Assembly: GCA_029940695.1 (NCBI GenBank)
Contig: JAPYUP010000003.1
Coordinates: forward strand, 14,100-78,099
Source: Candidatus Thalassarchaeaceae archaeon
Lineage (GTDB): Archaea > Thermoplasmatota > Poseidoniia > Poseidoniales > Thalassarchaeaceae
Reading direction: 5' to 3'
DNA length: 64,000 nucleotides
Part shown: in pieces, positions 1-8,097 of the stretch
Position numbering within the stretch: position 1 is the stretch's first letter
How the letters are laid out: the number at the start of each line of letters is the position of its first letter
The notes under the pieces: model-generated
What the model saw: the letters and a program-made list of their open reading frames with translations, nothing else
The model's database searches: none
What the model was told of the DNA's origin: nothing
Position numbers and translations under genes: made by a program

Positions 1-3000
1 GGCTTGCTTATGCCGATTCATTCTGGGGGTCGCCTGCGAGGGAGTCATGGACGGAGTGCCAGGCTGGAGATGACGGCCCCAATGATCAGCATGGGCACGG
101 GACCCACGTAGCCGGTTCGGTCTTGGGAGACGGATCGAACTCCGAGGAGGGCTACGATGGGACGGGCTCGGCCCCGGGGGCCCAGTTGTACATGCAAAGC
201 GTCGCCTGCTGGCATTACACCTCGCAAAAAGGATGGAAATATTACATGTTCACCCCGGATGACTATCAAGATGATATTTTTCAGCCCGCTTACGATGCGG
301 GAGCGAGGGTCCACACGAACTCTTGGGGAAGTGCCCCAAGCGGCAACGAATACACCCTCGATTCACTACTAATTGACCAGTCGGCTTATGCAATGGACGA
401 TTTGTTGATCCTATATGCAATGGGCAACGATGGAGAGGACGCGAACCTGAACGGCGAGATCGATCTGGCTCTATTGAACCCGCAGGCAACGGCGAAAAAT
501 ATCCTGTCCATAGGTGCCTCAGAGAACTTCCGGTGTGATATATATTACTACACGTGGAGCGATGTCGGATATGGGGCGGCGCCGATAAAAGATGATTTGT
601 TAGCCTGTGAAACAGAAGGGATTGCCGCCCTATCCAATCGAGGGCCGACGGAGGATGGCAGGATAAAGCCAGACTTGGTGGCCCCGGGCACGTTTATCGC
701 CTCGACGAGGTCCACAGACACCGATGAGGACGGAGACCCGGTAGAATACACGTGGGGGTACCCCGGCGGGAGCTCGGATTACTACGCTTACAACACCGGG
801 ACCTCGATGGCAACCCCCTTGACAGCAGGCGCTGCCGCCTTGGTGATTGAGTTTCTGAATGATCGCGGCGACTACGACTGCACCTCGCCGACCTACGATT
901 GTCCTGCTTCGGCATTGCTGAAAGCAATGATGTCAGCTGGGGCCCATGACATGGACGGCCAGTACCAGACGGGTGGGGATGGGAAGAACAGCGCTGTGGA
1001 TGCAGCCCCTAACAATCACGAGGGCTGGGGGAGGGTAGACATCCAAGGGGCAGTGGGAAGCTCGTTTACTGATGGGATCGAAATCACCACATCCGAGAGC
1101 CATTCGCTGAAGTTGGAAGTCACCCCTGGCACGTCTGAGTTTCGCGTGGTGCTATCCTGGAATGACCCACCCAACTCCCCCAGTGCGTTCTACCAACTAG
1201 TCAACGATCTGGACATAACGCTAAAAGATCCAAGCGGAGATTACTTCGACTACACCAATGACGATGTGAACAACCTGGTTGGCATCACTGTCGAGAACCC
1301 AGACGCCGGTGACTGGGAGATTATCGTTACCGGCGTTAGCGTCCCGGAGCCAGATTCGGGCTGCCAATGCCAAACCTACTACCTAGCTGCTAGCGACGGT
1401 CTAGCGATTACTGACATGAGGCATCCTGTGTCTGACGGCCTATTCTCGGGAGAGCTCCTTCACCATGCTGGCTTCCAATCAGGATCGATCTTCACCGAGA
1501 CAACGATCGCGACAGGTGACGAGCACATCTGCACGATCTTTCATGACTCCTCCCTGCAGTGCTGGGGGGACAACTCGCATGGCCAACTTGGTGACGGTAC
1601 TACCACGGACCGCCAGACCATGACCCCAGTGGGACTGGAGGCTGGCAGGACTGCAGTCTCAGTCAGCGCTGGGGCCTCGCACACCTGCGCGACCCTAGAC
1701 GACTCCAGTCTGAAGTGCTGGGGGAAGAATAACCAGGGACAGCTCGGGGATGGGACCACCGCCAGCTCTGCGTCCCCGGTCAGTGTCGGACTCGGGGGCT
1801 TCCCAGTTCAGGTCTCCGCTGGCTTGAAGCACACATGCGCTGTGCTGACCGATGCAAGTCTGGAATGCTGGGGGGACAACAGCCACGGCCAACTCGGTGA
1901 CGGGACCACCACCGACAGTAGCTCACCGGTTGCAGTCAGCTTCAGCGGCGGGCAGAAGGTACTGGCTGTCTCGGCCGGTGGCAGCCACACCTGCGCAGTG
2001 CTCAACGATAGAAGCCTGAAGTGCTGGGGCGAGAATGGCGATGGCCAACTGGGAATAGGCTCGAGTGTCGACAGTAGTTCCCCCGCTGACGTCAATCTCG
2101 GAGATTATGTCGTCGCTGTTTCGACTGGAGAGTCGCACACCTGCGGCCTCCGAGTCGATCAAGACCTCAAGTGCTGGGGTGGCAATGGCCAAGGACAGCT
2201 CGGAACTGGTGATCAGGTCTCGCAGGACTCCCCCCCATCCTCCTCCATATTGAGTGGCATCATCTCGATTGACTCTGGCAGCAAGCACAACTGCGCCATC
2301 GACACCGCCCAAGTTCTGCATTGTTGGGGTGGTAACTCAGATGGCCAGGTCGGGGACGGGACCACGAGCACTGTGACCTCCCCTAGCACGATCGGCATGG
2401 ACACGAATCCTGTACTCGGAACGATTGCCGTTGTCGTAGGCGACTCCTACTCATGCGCCACAGCCAGCGACGACCTGTTGAGGTGCTGGGGAGGTGCGGA
2501 TGCGGGCACAATCACAATCGGATTGGCGCCGAGCCAGTTTGAGTTACCCCGGTGGACGTACATCAACTCGGCTGAGCGTGATCTGGACAATGACGGTTCC
2601 CTGAATCTGTTCGACACACACGGAGTGGGAGACTCCGATGGGGATGGTTTCCCCGCAGGGCCCAACGATATTGACGATGGCAATCCTGCCATAGCCAAAG
2701 AATGCAACGCGGGGTCCTACGGACGGTACATCTGCAAACAAGCCACGGTCGGCTTCTACGTCGGCACTCAGGGCAGCCTGGTGATGACCCCCGCCAGAGC
2801 TGGTCACTACGTCGACACGAATGGAGCTCAGGCCGATACGCCCTGCGGGATAGGCACGTACCAAGAACTGACGGGGCAGACCTCGTGCGACCCTGCGCGG
2901 TCTGGGTACTACGTCGACGGTATCGGGGCATCCTCCGACACGCCATGCTCGGGCGGTACCTTCAACCCGAGCACTGGTTCTCTTTCGAGCATCGACTGCA

Positions 3001-5510
3001 TTGGTTCCGAACCCGGTTACAACGTCCCCATTCTGAGCCAGATATCAACTGGATCTTACCACACCTGCGCCGTACTGGATGACGGGTCGGTGAGCTGCTG
3101 GGGCGACAACGCAAACGGTCAGCTCGGGGACGGGACTAGGGCAGGACACACGTCCCCCGAGCCCGTTCTCCTTCCGTTGGGGAAGTCAGCCGTGTTGATC
3201 TCTGCAGGATCTTACCACAGCTGCGCCGTCCTCGATGACGGGTCGCTGCGGTGCTGGGGCAGCAACGAGTTCGGACAGCTCGGGGACGGAACCAGCATCG
3301 AGAGGACGAGCCCGGTCAGTGTTGACCTCGGTTCGGGGAGAACGGCAGTGAGCGTGTCAGCGGGCGAGTCACATACCTGTGCCGTGCTGGACAATTCCGC
3401 TGTGAAGTGCTGGGGGGAGAACAGCAACGGGCAAATCGGGGATGGGACTAGCACAAATCGACTCAGCCCAGTTTCAGTGGACTTAGGCAGTGGGAACACG
3501 GCCGTGTCAGTATCCTCGGGCTCATACCACACCTGCGCCATCACGGACGATAGGTCGGTGAAGTGCTGGGGTGACAACTGGCATGGGCAGTTGGGCGACG
3601 GCAGCACTGGTGACAGGATTTCGCCCACAAGCATCGAATTGCCGGGAAGCAGTAGCGCCGTGACCCTATCTTCGGGCTCCTTCCACACCTGTGTGGGCCT
3701 CAACGATGGCTCCATGTTCTGCTGGGGTTACAATGCCTTCGGGCAGCTAGGCAACGGTGCCACGACAAACAGTAACGTGCCCTCTGTAGTGGGATTGACT
3801 GAGTTCGAATCCCCCGTCCAAGTCTCGACGGGGATGTACCACAGTTGTGCCCTTTTCGACAGTGGCAACGTCTCCTGCTGGGGTGGCAACTCAGAGGGTC
3901 AGCTCGGGGACGGGAGCCAGATTGACACATCGATTCCAGACACAGTGAACCTGCCTGTAGGTAAGAATGCGCTTTCGATCTCCGTAGGCCAGCGACACTC
4001 CTGTGCGATTCTGGATGATGCTACCCTCTATTGTTGGGGCTACAATAACTACGGCCAGCTCGGGGACGGAACCACAGCGAACCAGATGTCTCCGGCCAAC
4101 ATTGACCTGCGACATGGGTCAGGCGCTCAGATACCATGCTCCATTGGGACATTCCAGCCTAACTCGTCCCAGACTTCATGCATCCTCGCAGACAGGGGAT
4201 ACAGCGTCCCACTACCGGCTTCGCTCAATCAGACTGGTTGCGCCAAGGGCTACTACTCGAACCTGAGGGGGCAGGCGACGTGCAATCAGGCTTCGATTGG
4301 GTATTACGTGGACGTGCACCTAGCCGACTCGCAAACTGCCTGTCCCCCGTTCAACTCGACTGTGCAACTCGGAGCGATCAACTTCGATCTGTGCAAGCCC
4401 GACTTCGACGGAGACATGTTGCCAGACGTGACTGACTTGGATGACGACGGCGATGGCGTCGAGGACCGATTTGACTTCGATCCGCTTGATCCGGAGATCT
4501 CCACCGACTCCGATGGGGATGGGATACCTGACAGTCTGGATAGCGACGACGACAACGACGGCGTGAACGATACTATCGACCAATTCCCCCACGACCAAAG
4601 CGAGTGGGAAGACGAGGACAATGACGGAGTGGGGGACAACAGCGACTCCGACGACGATAATGACGGACGAGATGACATGTTCGACGTGTTCCCCAATAAT
4701 CCCGAGGAATGGTCGGACTTCGATGGAGATGGCATCGGAGACAATGCTGATGAAGACGACGACAACGACGGCGTCAACGACGTTGGCGACAACCCGTACG
4801 TCAATCTGGATGACGCGTTCCCTCTAGACAGTACAGAGTGGCTCGACAGCGACGGTGACAGCATTGGCAACAATCAGGACGACGATGACGATGGTGACGG
4901 TTACGATGATGAAAATGATACGTTTCCGCTCAATCCATCCGAATGGCTCGACTCGGATGGCGACACCTTCGGTGACAATTTCGACTGGGACGACAACGAT
5001 CCAAACGAATGGCTCGACTCGGATGGTGACCAGGTGGGTGACAACAGCGACCAGTGCCCCGACGAAGAGGGATTGAACGATAGCTTCGAGAACTTCGCTC
5101 ACAAGTTGGCGCTAGGAAACAAACTCGGATGCCCGCTTTTCGAAGGAGAGATTGTAACAGAGGAAGAGGTGACGGACACACCCTCACTCTCAGACATCGA
5201 ACTCTTGGATACTGACGGTGATGGGATTGTCGACGTCTTCGATCCTGACGACGACAGTTGCATTTCTGAAAATCCGTGCCTTCCGGGATTCTACCCAGGT
5301 GACCAAATACCCGATGTGGAAGATGGAAAGATTGACTCGCGTTCAGGTGATGGGAAATTCTCGAAGGATCCAACTAGACCATTTGGACAGAACACGTGGG
5401 TGGTAATCTCACTGAGTATAATGTTCCTCTCGATCATGGGATATCGAGTGTTCAACTGGCATAAGAGGCAGGCCGCCAAGCTGAAGTCCAAGAGAATTCG
5501 GCTCGCGTAA
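1..5510 (+). CDS. Giant type-I membrane-anchored surface protein with subtilisin (S8) peptidase, two RCC1-like propellers, Cys-rich linkers and TSP3-like Ca-binding repeats; 5'-truncated at the window edge.
   Basis: The reading frame is open back to nt 1. The HGTHVAG His-box lies upstream of the first in-frame ATG at 123, so the track start is not the real start. Ser-box GTSMATP is present. There are 14 repeats of CWG[DGEK]N..GQLGDG, i.e. two blocks of 7 RCC1 blades, at about 1500-2520 and 3040-4110. Cys-rich GxY..C linkers flank them, and a DxDxDGxxD acidic repeat array spans about 4380-5260. The C terminus has a hydrophobic helix WVVISLSIMFLSIMGY followed by a KR-rich tail. Confidence 0.85.
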   Translation, partial: LAYADSFWGSPARESWTECQAGDDGPNDQHGHGTHVAGSVLGDGSNSEEGYDGTGSAPGAQLYMQSVACWHYTSQKGWKYYMFTPDDYQDDIFQPAYDAGARVHTNSWGSAPSGNEYTLDSLLIDQSAYAMDDLLILYAMGNDGEDANLNGEIDLALLNPQATAKNILSIGASENFRCDIYYYTWSDVGYGAAPIKDDLLACETEGIAALSNRGPTEDGRIKPDLVAPGTFIASTRSTDTDEDGDPVEYTWGYPGGSSDYYAYNTGTSMATPLTAGAAALVIEFLNDRGDYDCTSPTYDCPASALLKAMMSAGAHDMDGQYQTGGDGKNSAVDAAPNNHEGWGRVDIQGAVGSSFTDGIEITTSESHSLKLEVTPGTSEFRVVLSWNDPPNSPSAFYQLVNDLDITLKDPSGDYFDYTNDDVNNLVGITVENPDAGDWEIIVTGVSVPEPDSGCQCQTYYLAASDGLAITDMRHPVSDGLFSGELLHHAGFQSGSIFTETTIATGDEHICTIFHDSSLQCWGDNSHGQLGDGTTTDRQTMTPVGLEAGRTAVSVSAGASHTCATLDDSSLKCWGKNNQGQLGDGTTASSASPVSVGLGGFPVQVSAGLKHTCAVLTDASLECWGDNSHGQLGDGTTTDSSSPVAVSFSGGQKVLAVSAGGSHTCAVLNDRSLKCWGENGDGQLGIGSSVDSSSPADVNLGDYVVAVSTGESHTCGLRVDQDLKCWGGNGQGQLGTGDQVSQDSPPSSSILSGIISIDSGSKHNCAIDTAQVLHCWGGNSDGQVGDGTTSTVTSPSTIGMDTNPVLGTIAVVVGDSYSCATASDDLLRCWGGADAGTITIGLAPSQFELPRWTYINSAERDLDNDGSLNLFDTHGVGDSDGDGFPAGPNDIDDGNPAIAKECNAGSYGRYICKQATVGFYVGTQGSLVMTPARAGHYVDTNGAQADTPCGIGTYQELTGQTSCDPARSGYYVDGIGASSDTPCSGGTFNPSTGSLSSIDCIGSEPGYNVPILSQISTGSYHTCAVLDDGSVSCWGDNANGQLGDGTRAGHTSPEPVLLPLGKSAVLISAGSYHSCAVLDDGSLRCWGSNEFGQLGDGTSIERTSPVSVDLGSGRTAVSVSAGESHTCAVLDNSAVKCWGENSNGQIGDGTSTNRLSPVSVDLGSGNTAVSVSSGSYHTCAITDDRSVKCWGDNWHGQLGDGSTGDRISPTSIELPGSSSAVTLSSGSFHTCVGLNDGSMFCWGYNAFGQLGNGATTNSNVPSVVGLTEFESPVQVSTGMYHSCALFDSGNVSCWGGNSEGQLGDGSQIDTSIPDTVNLPVGKNALSISVGQRHSCAILDDATLYCWGYNNYGQLGDGTTANQMSPANIDLRHGSGAQIPCSIGTFQPNSSQTSCILADRGYSVPLPASLNQTGCAKGYYSNLRGQATCNQASIGYYVDVHLADSQTACPPFNSTVQLGAINFDLCKPDFDGDMLPDVTDLDDDGDGVEDRFDFDPLDPEISTDSDGDGIPDSLDSDDDNDGVNDTIDQFPHDQSEWEDEDNDGVGDNSDSDDDNDGRDDMFDVFPNNPEEWSDFDGDGIGDNADEDDDNDGVNDVGDNPYVNLDDAFPLDSTEWLDSDGDSIGNNQDDDDDGDGYDDENDTFPLNPSEWLDSDGDTFGDNFDWDDNDPNEWLDSDGDQVGDNSDQCPDEEGLNDSFENFAHKLALGNKLGCPLFEGEIVTEEEVTDTPSLSDIELLDTDGDGIVDVFDPDDDSCISENPCLPGFYPGDQIPDVEDGKIDSRSGDGKFSKDPTRPFGQNTWVVISLSIMFLSIMGYRVFNWHKRQAAKLKSKRIRLA

Positions 5511-5525
5511 TTGATGCGTCACCAA

Positions 5526-5610
5526 TGGTGCAGGAGGCAGGATTCGAACCTGCGAAGCACTACGCACAGCGACCTGAACGCTGCCCCTTTGACCACTCGG
5601 GTACCCCTGC
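5526..5610 (-). tRNA. tRNA-Leu (anticodon CAG), 85 nt, long variable arm, CCA encoded.
   Basis: I folded the reverse complement manually. Acceptor GCAGGGG pairs with CTCCTGC; anticodon stem CAGCG/CGCTG has loop TTCAGGT; the T-arm is GGTTCGAATCC; the 3' end is ACCA. Confidence 0.8.
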
Positions 5611-5671
5611 TCGATTTGACGCTGTGACCATTGAACTTCAATGCAGCGCAATCGAAGAAGTTGTCTTGAAA

Positions 5672-5756
5672 TGGTGCAGGGGACAGGATTTGAACCTGCG
5701 AAGCACTACGCACTGGGACCTAAACCCAGCCCCTTTGACCACTCGGGTACCCCTGC
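5672..5756 (-). tRNA. tRNA-Leu (anticodon UAG), 85 nt, a near-identical tandem paralogue of the upstream tRNA-Leu.
   Basis: I folded the reverse complement manually. Anticodon stem CTGGG/CCCAG has loop TTTAGGT. The acceptor, D-arm and variable arm are identical to the CAG copy. Confidence 0.8.
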
Positions 5757-5857
5757 TTAGTACCGTGCGACGAATCCCTCACCAAGAAGGCAACGCATGC
5801 AAGTTGTTCATCCCCATAGTGTCATAACCGGATTGCCGCGCCGCGAAGTCGGCTCAA

Positions 5858-6886
5858 ATGGCACGAATCGGCATACTCGGTCTGGGTAACTGGGGTACAG
5901 CCCTAGCATATGTCTGGTGCGAGGATGGCCACAACGTACTGGGCTGGACCGTAGAGCAAGACGTCTACGAGTCCCTCATGACGAAGGGTGAAAACGAGAA
6001 GTACCTGCCTGGCTATGAGATTCCACGACTACAATCCACCATGGAGATCACCGACGTCGCAGAGACCTGCGAGATACTAGTCTTAGCACTGCCCAGCAGC
6101 ATCATCTTGAGTGTCGTTGACGATCTAATCCCCCACCTTCGCCCATCCCACCTCTTGATCGACCTAGCGAAAGGCCTTGCGCCCGCAGAAGAGGGTGGCT
6201 CCGGAATGATTTCAGACGCCATGGAAAGACGACTGAAGGAGGCTGGATTGGCCAATCCAGTCGTCGTCATGACGGGGCCGACCATAGCTCCGGAAGTGGC
6301 TCGTGGCGTCATGACCAACGCTCTAGTGGCGTGTCATGACTGGAGCGTGGCGGAGAGGATAGCAGAGCGCCTGTCAACGAATTCCCTAATCCTAACACCG
6401 GCAGAGGACCCAGTTGGTGCAGAGTTGTGGGGGGCATACAAGAACACCGTGGCGCTTGCCTGTGGGCTAGTGGATGGCCTCAAGGAATCGATAGGTGGTG
6501 ACAATCTGAAGGCCGCACTCGTCCTCTCTGGATACAGCGAAGGTATTGGGCTGCTAGGCGCCATGGGGGCTGATCCCAAGACTGCCTTCGGACCGGCCGG
6601 CATAGGCGACCTGTATGTGACCGCGACGAGCCCTCGCAGCCGGAACCGCACGCTTGGAGAGAAACTCGGTGCAGGAAAGAGCCTCGATTTGGCCCTTGAC
6701 GAGATGCATATGGTAGCCGAAGGCGTGCGTGCGACGCGGATGTTCCTCAATAGGTCGGAGAAGTTGGGGCATCATACACCATTCCTCCACTCCCTGGGGA
6801 GCTTGCTCGATGGGGACATCAGTGTCGAGGAATCCATCAGACTGATGGTAGAGTCCTACGACAGTCAACGAATGGGGCAGGGTTGA
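5858..6886 (+). CDS. gpsA: NAD(P)H-dependent glycerol-3-phosphate dehydrogenase, bacterial GpsA type.
   Basis: N-terminal Rossmann motif GILGLGNWGTALA, GpsA-like length of 342 aa, and conserved C-terminal region (KNTVAL..G). Confidence 0.85.
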   Translation: MARIGILGLGNWGTALAYVWCEDGHNVLGWTVEQDVYESLMTKGENEKYLPGYEIPRLQSTMEITDVAETCEILVLALPSSIILSVVDDLIPHLRPSHLLIDLAKGLAPAEEGGSGMISDAMERRLKEAGLANPVVVMTGPTIAPEVARGVMTNALVACHDWSVAERIAERLSTNSLILTPAEDPVGAELWGAYKNTVALACGLVDGLKESIGGDNLKAALVLSGYSEGIGLLGAMGADPKTAFGPAGIGDLYVTATSPRSRNRTLGEKLGAGKSLDLALDEMHMVAEGVRATRMFLNRSEKLGHHTPFLHSLGSLLDGDISVEESIRLMVESYDSQRMGQG

Positions 6887-7143
6887 TTGCCGGAGCAGTC
6901 ATCCGAGGGAGTAGGATGCCAATCGGGGACCTGACTGACTTCGAGCTCCGGCTGCTCAAGTGGATTTCAGCATCAGACTTCGTGGAGATTCCATGGTCCA
7001 CTAAGCGCGCGGCTGAAGCGTTCAAGGTCGAGGAGAATGACGTTTACGAGGCATTAGCCGCACTGACTTTCAAGGTCCGTGACAACATCCAAATCTTCTA
7101 CGATGATGGGGCCATCAGAATGGTAGCTGACGATACGGCCTAG
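6883..7143 (+). CDS. Small hypothetical protein of 86 aa (75 aa if started at the internal Met); possible small wHTH protein.
   Basis: ATGA overlap with the gpsA stop; protein-like composition; no recognisable motif. Confidence 0.3.
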   Translation: MIAGAVIRGSRMPIGDLTDFELRLLKWISASDFVEIPWSTKRAAEAFKVEENDVYEALAALTFKVRDNIQIFYDDGAIRMVADDTA

Positions 7144-8048
7144 GCAATTTGTCGTGGGCCGTCTTTCATCTTCATTGATGTTGAGTGTTCACTGCCCCTT
7201 TTCAGTATGAAGAGCATCCCTCCCGAGTATGTACACCACGCTAGCACCTCAAGTAGCGACGGATTGCCATTCCATCCAAACAGCGCCTTGAAGATGCTCC
7301 CTATGGCTCCCTTCTCATGCAATAGTGGATATTCTTCAGATGAATCGACTTCAGGATTGACATCCCAAACCTCCTCAATGACGACCGGCGCGACGCCGGC
7401 CTCCTGAAGCTCATGGAATCCGTGGGCTACTAGGCCTGCTGCGAACAGGATAAGCAGAACATTAGTGATTTTGAAAAGTTTGGAGATGTCAATTTCCATG
7501 CCACGAGAGAAGAATCCGTAGGCAAGGACTGTGGCAACGGCGATTCCAAAGAAAACGCCGACTATCGCGTTTGTTCCTTCGGTTCCAGCGCCGATGAATA
7601 TTACCGTCTCCGAACCTTCTCTCCACACTGAAAGGAACGATATCAGAAACAAACCCATGCCCTGCTTCTGTTGGAAAGCCTTGTCGGCCCATGCCTCCAG
7701 CTCTCGCGCCGACGGGTGACGTATGAAGTGGACAATGACAAGCGTAAGAAGCAACGCGGCAAACAACTCAAGCACACCTTCGAACATCGCCTCGTGATCT
7801 TCGAAAGACGCCATCCCCCCCCATACCCAAGCAAACAAGGAGGCAACAACTAGGCTGGCAGCTATTCCGGCTCCAACACCAAACCAAATCCATCGGGAAA
7901 GTAAGCCACGATCACTGCGCACTAACCAAGTCATCAGAACACCGATTATCAGAGCGGCTTCAACGGCTTCTCTGAATCCTATAAGAGAGCCTGCCAAGAC
8001 ATCGGACCACAGAAACTCGCCTGCCATGCAGTTGCGAATCTTAAACAA
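7140..8048 (-). CDS. High-affinity iron permease, FTR1/EfeU family.
   Basis: Two RExxE motifs (REAVEAAL and WREGSETV) sit in a polytopic membrane protein. The track start is TTG at 8048; an in-frame ATG at 8027 (MAGEFLW...) is an alternative start. Confidence 0.7.
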   Translation of the reverse strand: MFKIRNCMAGEFLWSDVLAGSLIGFREAVEAALIIGVLMTWLVRSDRGLLSRWIWFGVGAGIAASLVVASLFAWVWGGMASFEDHEAMFEGVLELFAALLLTLVIVHFIRHPSARELEAWADKAFQQKQGMGLFLISFLSVWREGSETVIFIGAGTEGTNAIVGVFFGIAVATVLAYGFFSRGMEIDISKLFKITNVLLILFAAGLVAHGFHELQEAGVAPVVIEEVWDVNPEVDSSEEYPLLHEKGAIGSIFKALFGWNGNPSLLEVLAWCTYSGGMLFILKRGSEHSTSMKMKDGPRQIA

Positions 8049-8056
8049 TATATGAA

Positions 8057-8072
8057 TTTAGGGTACCCTAAA
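8057..8072. promoter_or_regulatory. Perfect 16-bp palindrome TTTAGGGTACCCTAAA in the divergent promoter region.
   Basis: Read directly from the sequence. It lies between the FTR1 start (8027/8048, minus) and the start of the 8098 plus gene, next to an AT-rich TATA-like stretch AAACAATATATGAA (8043-8056). Confidence 0.45.
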
Positions 8073-8097
8073 CCTCAATAATTACTGCGATAGAATC

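Noticed and set aside
4304-5102. Ser-rich and Val/Ile-rich minus-strand ORFs (189 aa, 92 aa, 92 aa) inside the 3' part of gene 1
   Set aside because: They are antisense/alternate-frame readings of the GAC/GAT-rich TSP3 repeat array. Codon repetition gives long open frames on every strand here, and the sense frame carries the conserved DxDxDG motif.
4380-5260. Possible CRISPR array or satellite (regularly spaced GAC-rich repeats; also 42900-44460 and 61140-61500)
   Set aside because: The repeats are in-frame coding repeats (DxDxDGxxD calcium-binding motifs) with variable spacing and no repeat-spacer architecture, and there are no cas genes in the window.
5525-5827. 100-aa plus-strand ORF between gene 1 and gpsA
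   Set aside because: It lies exactly antisense to the two tRNA-Leu genes (5526-5610, 5672-5756) and is a spurious shadow ORF.
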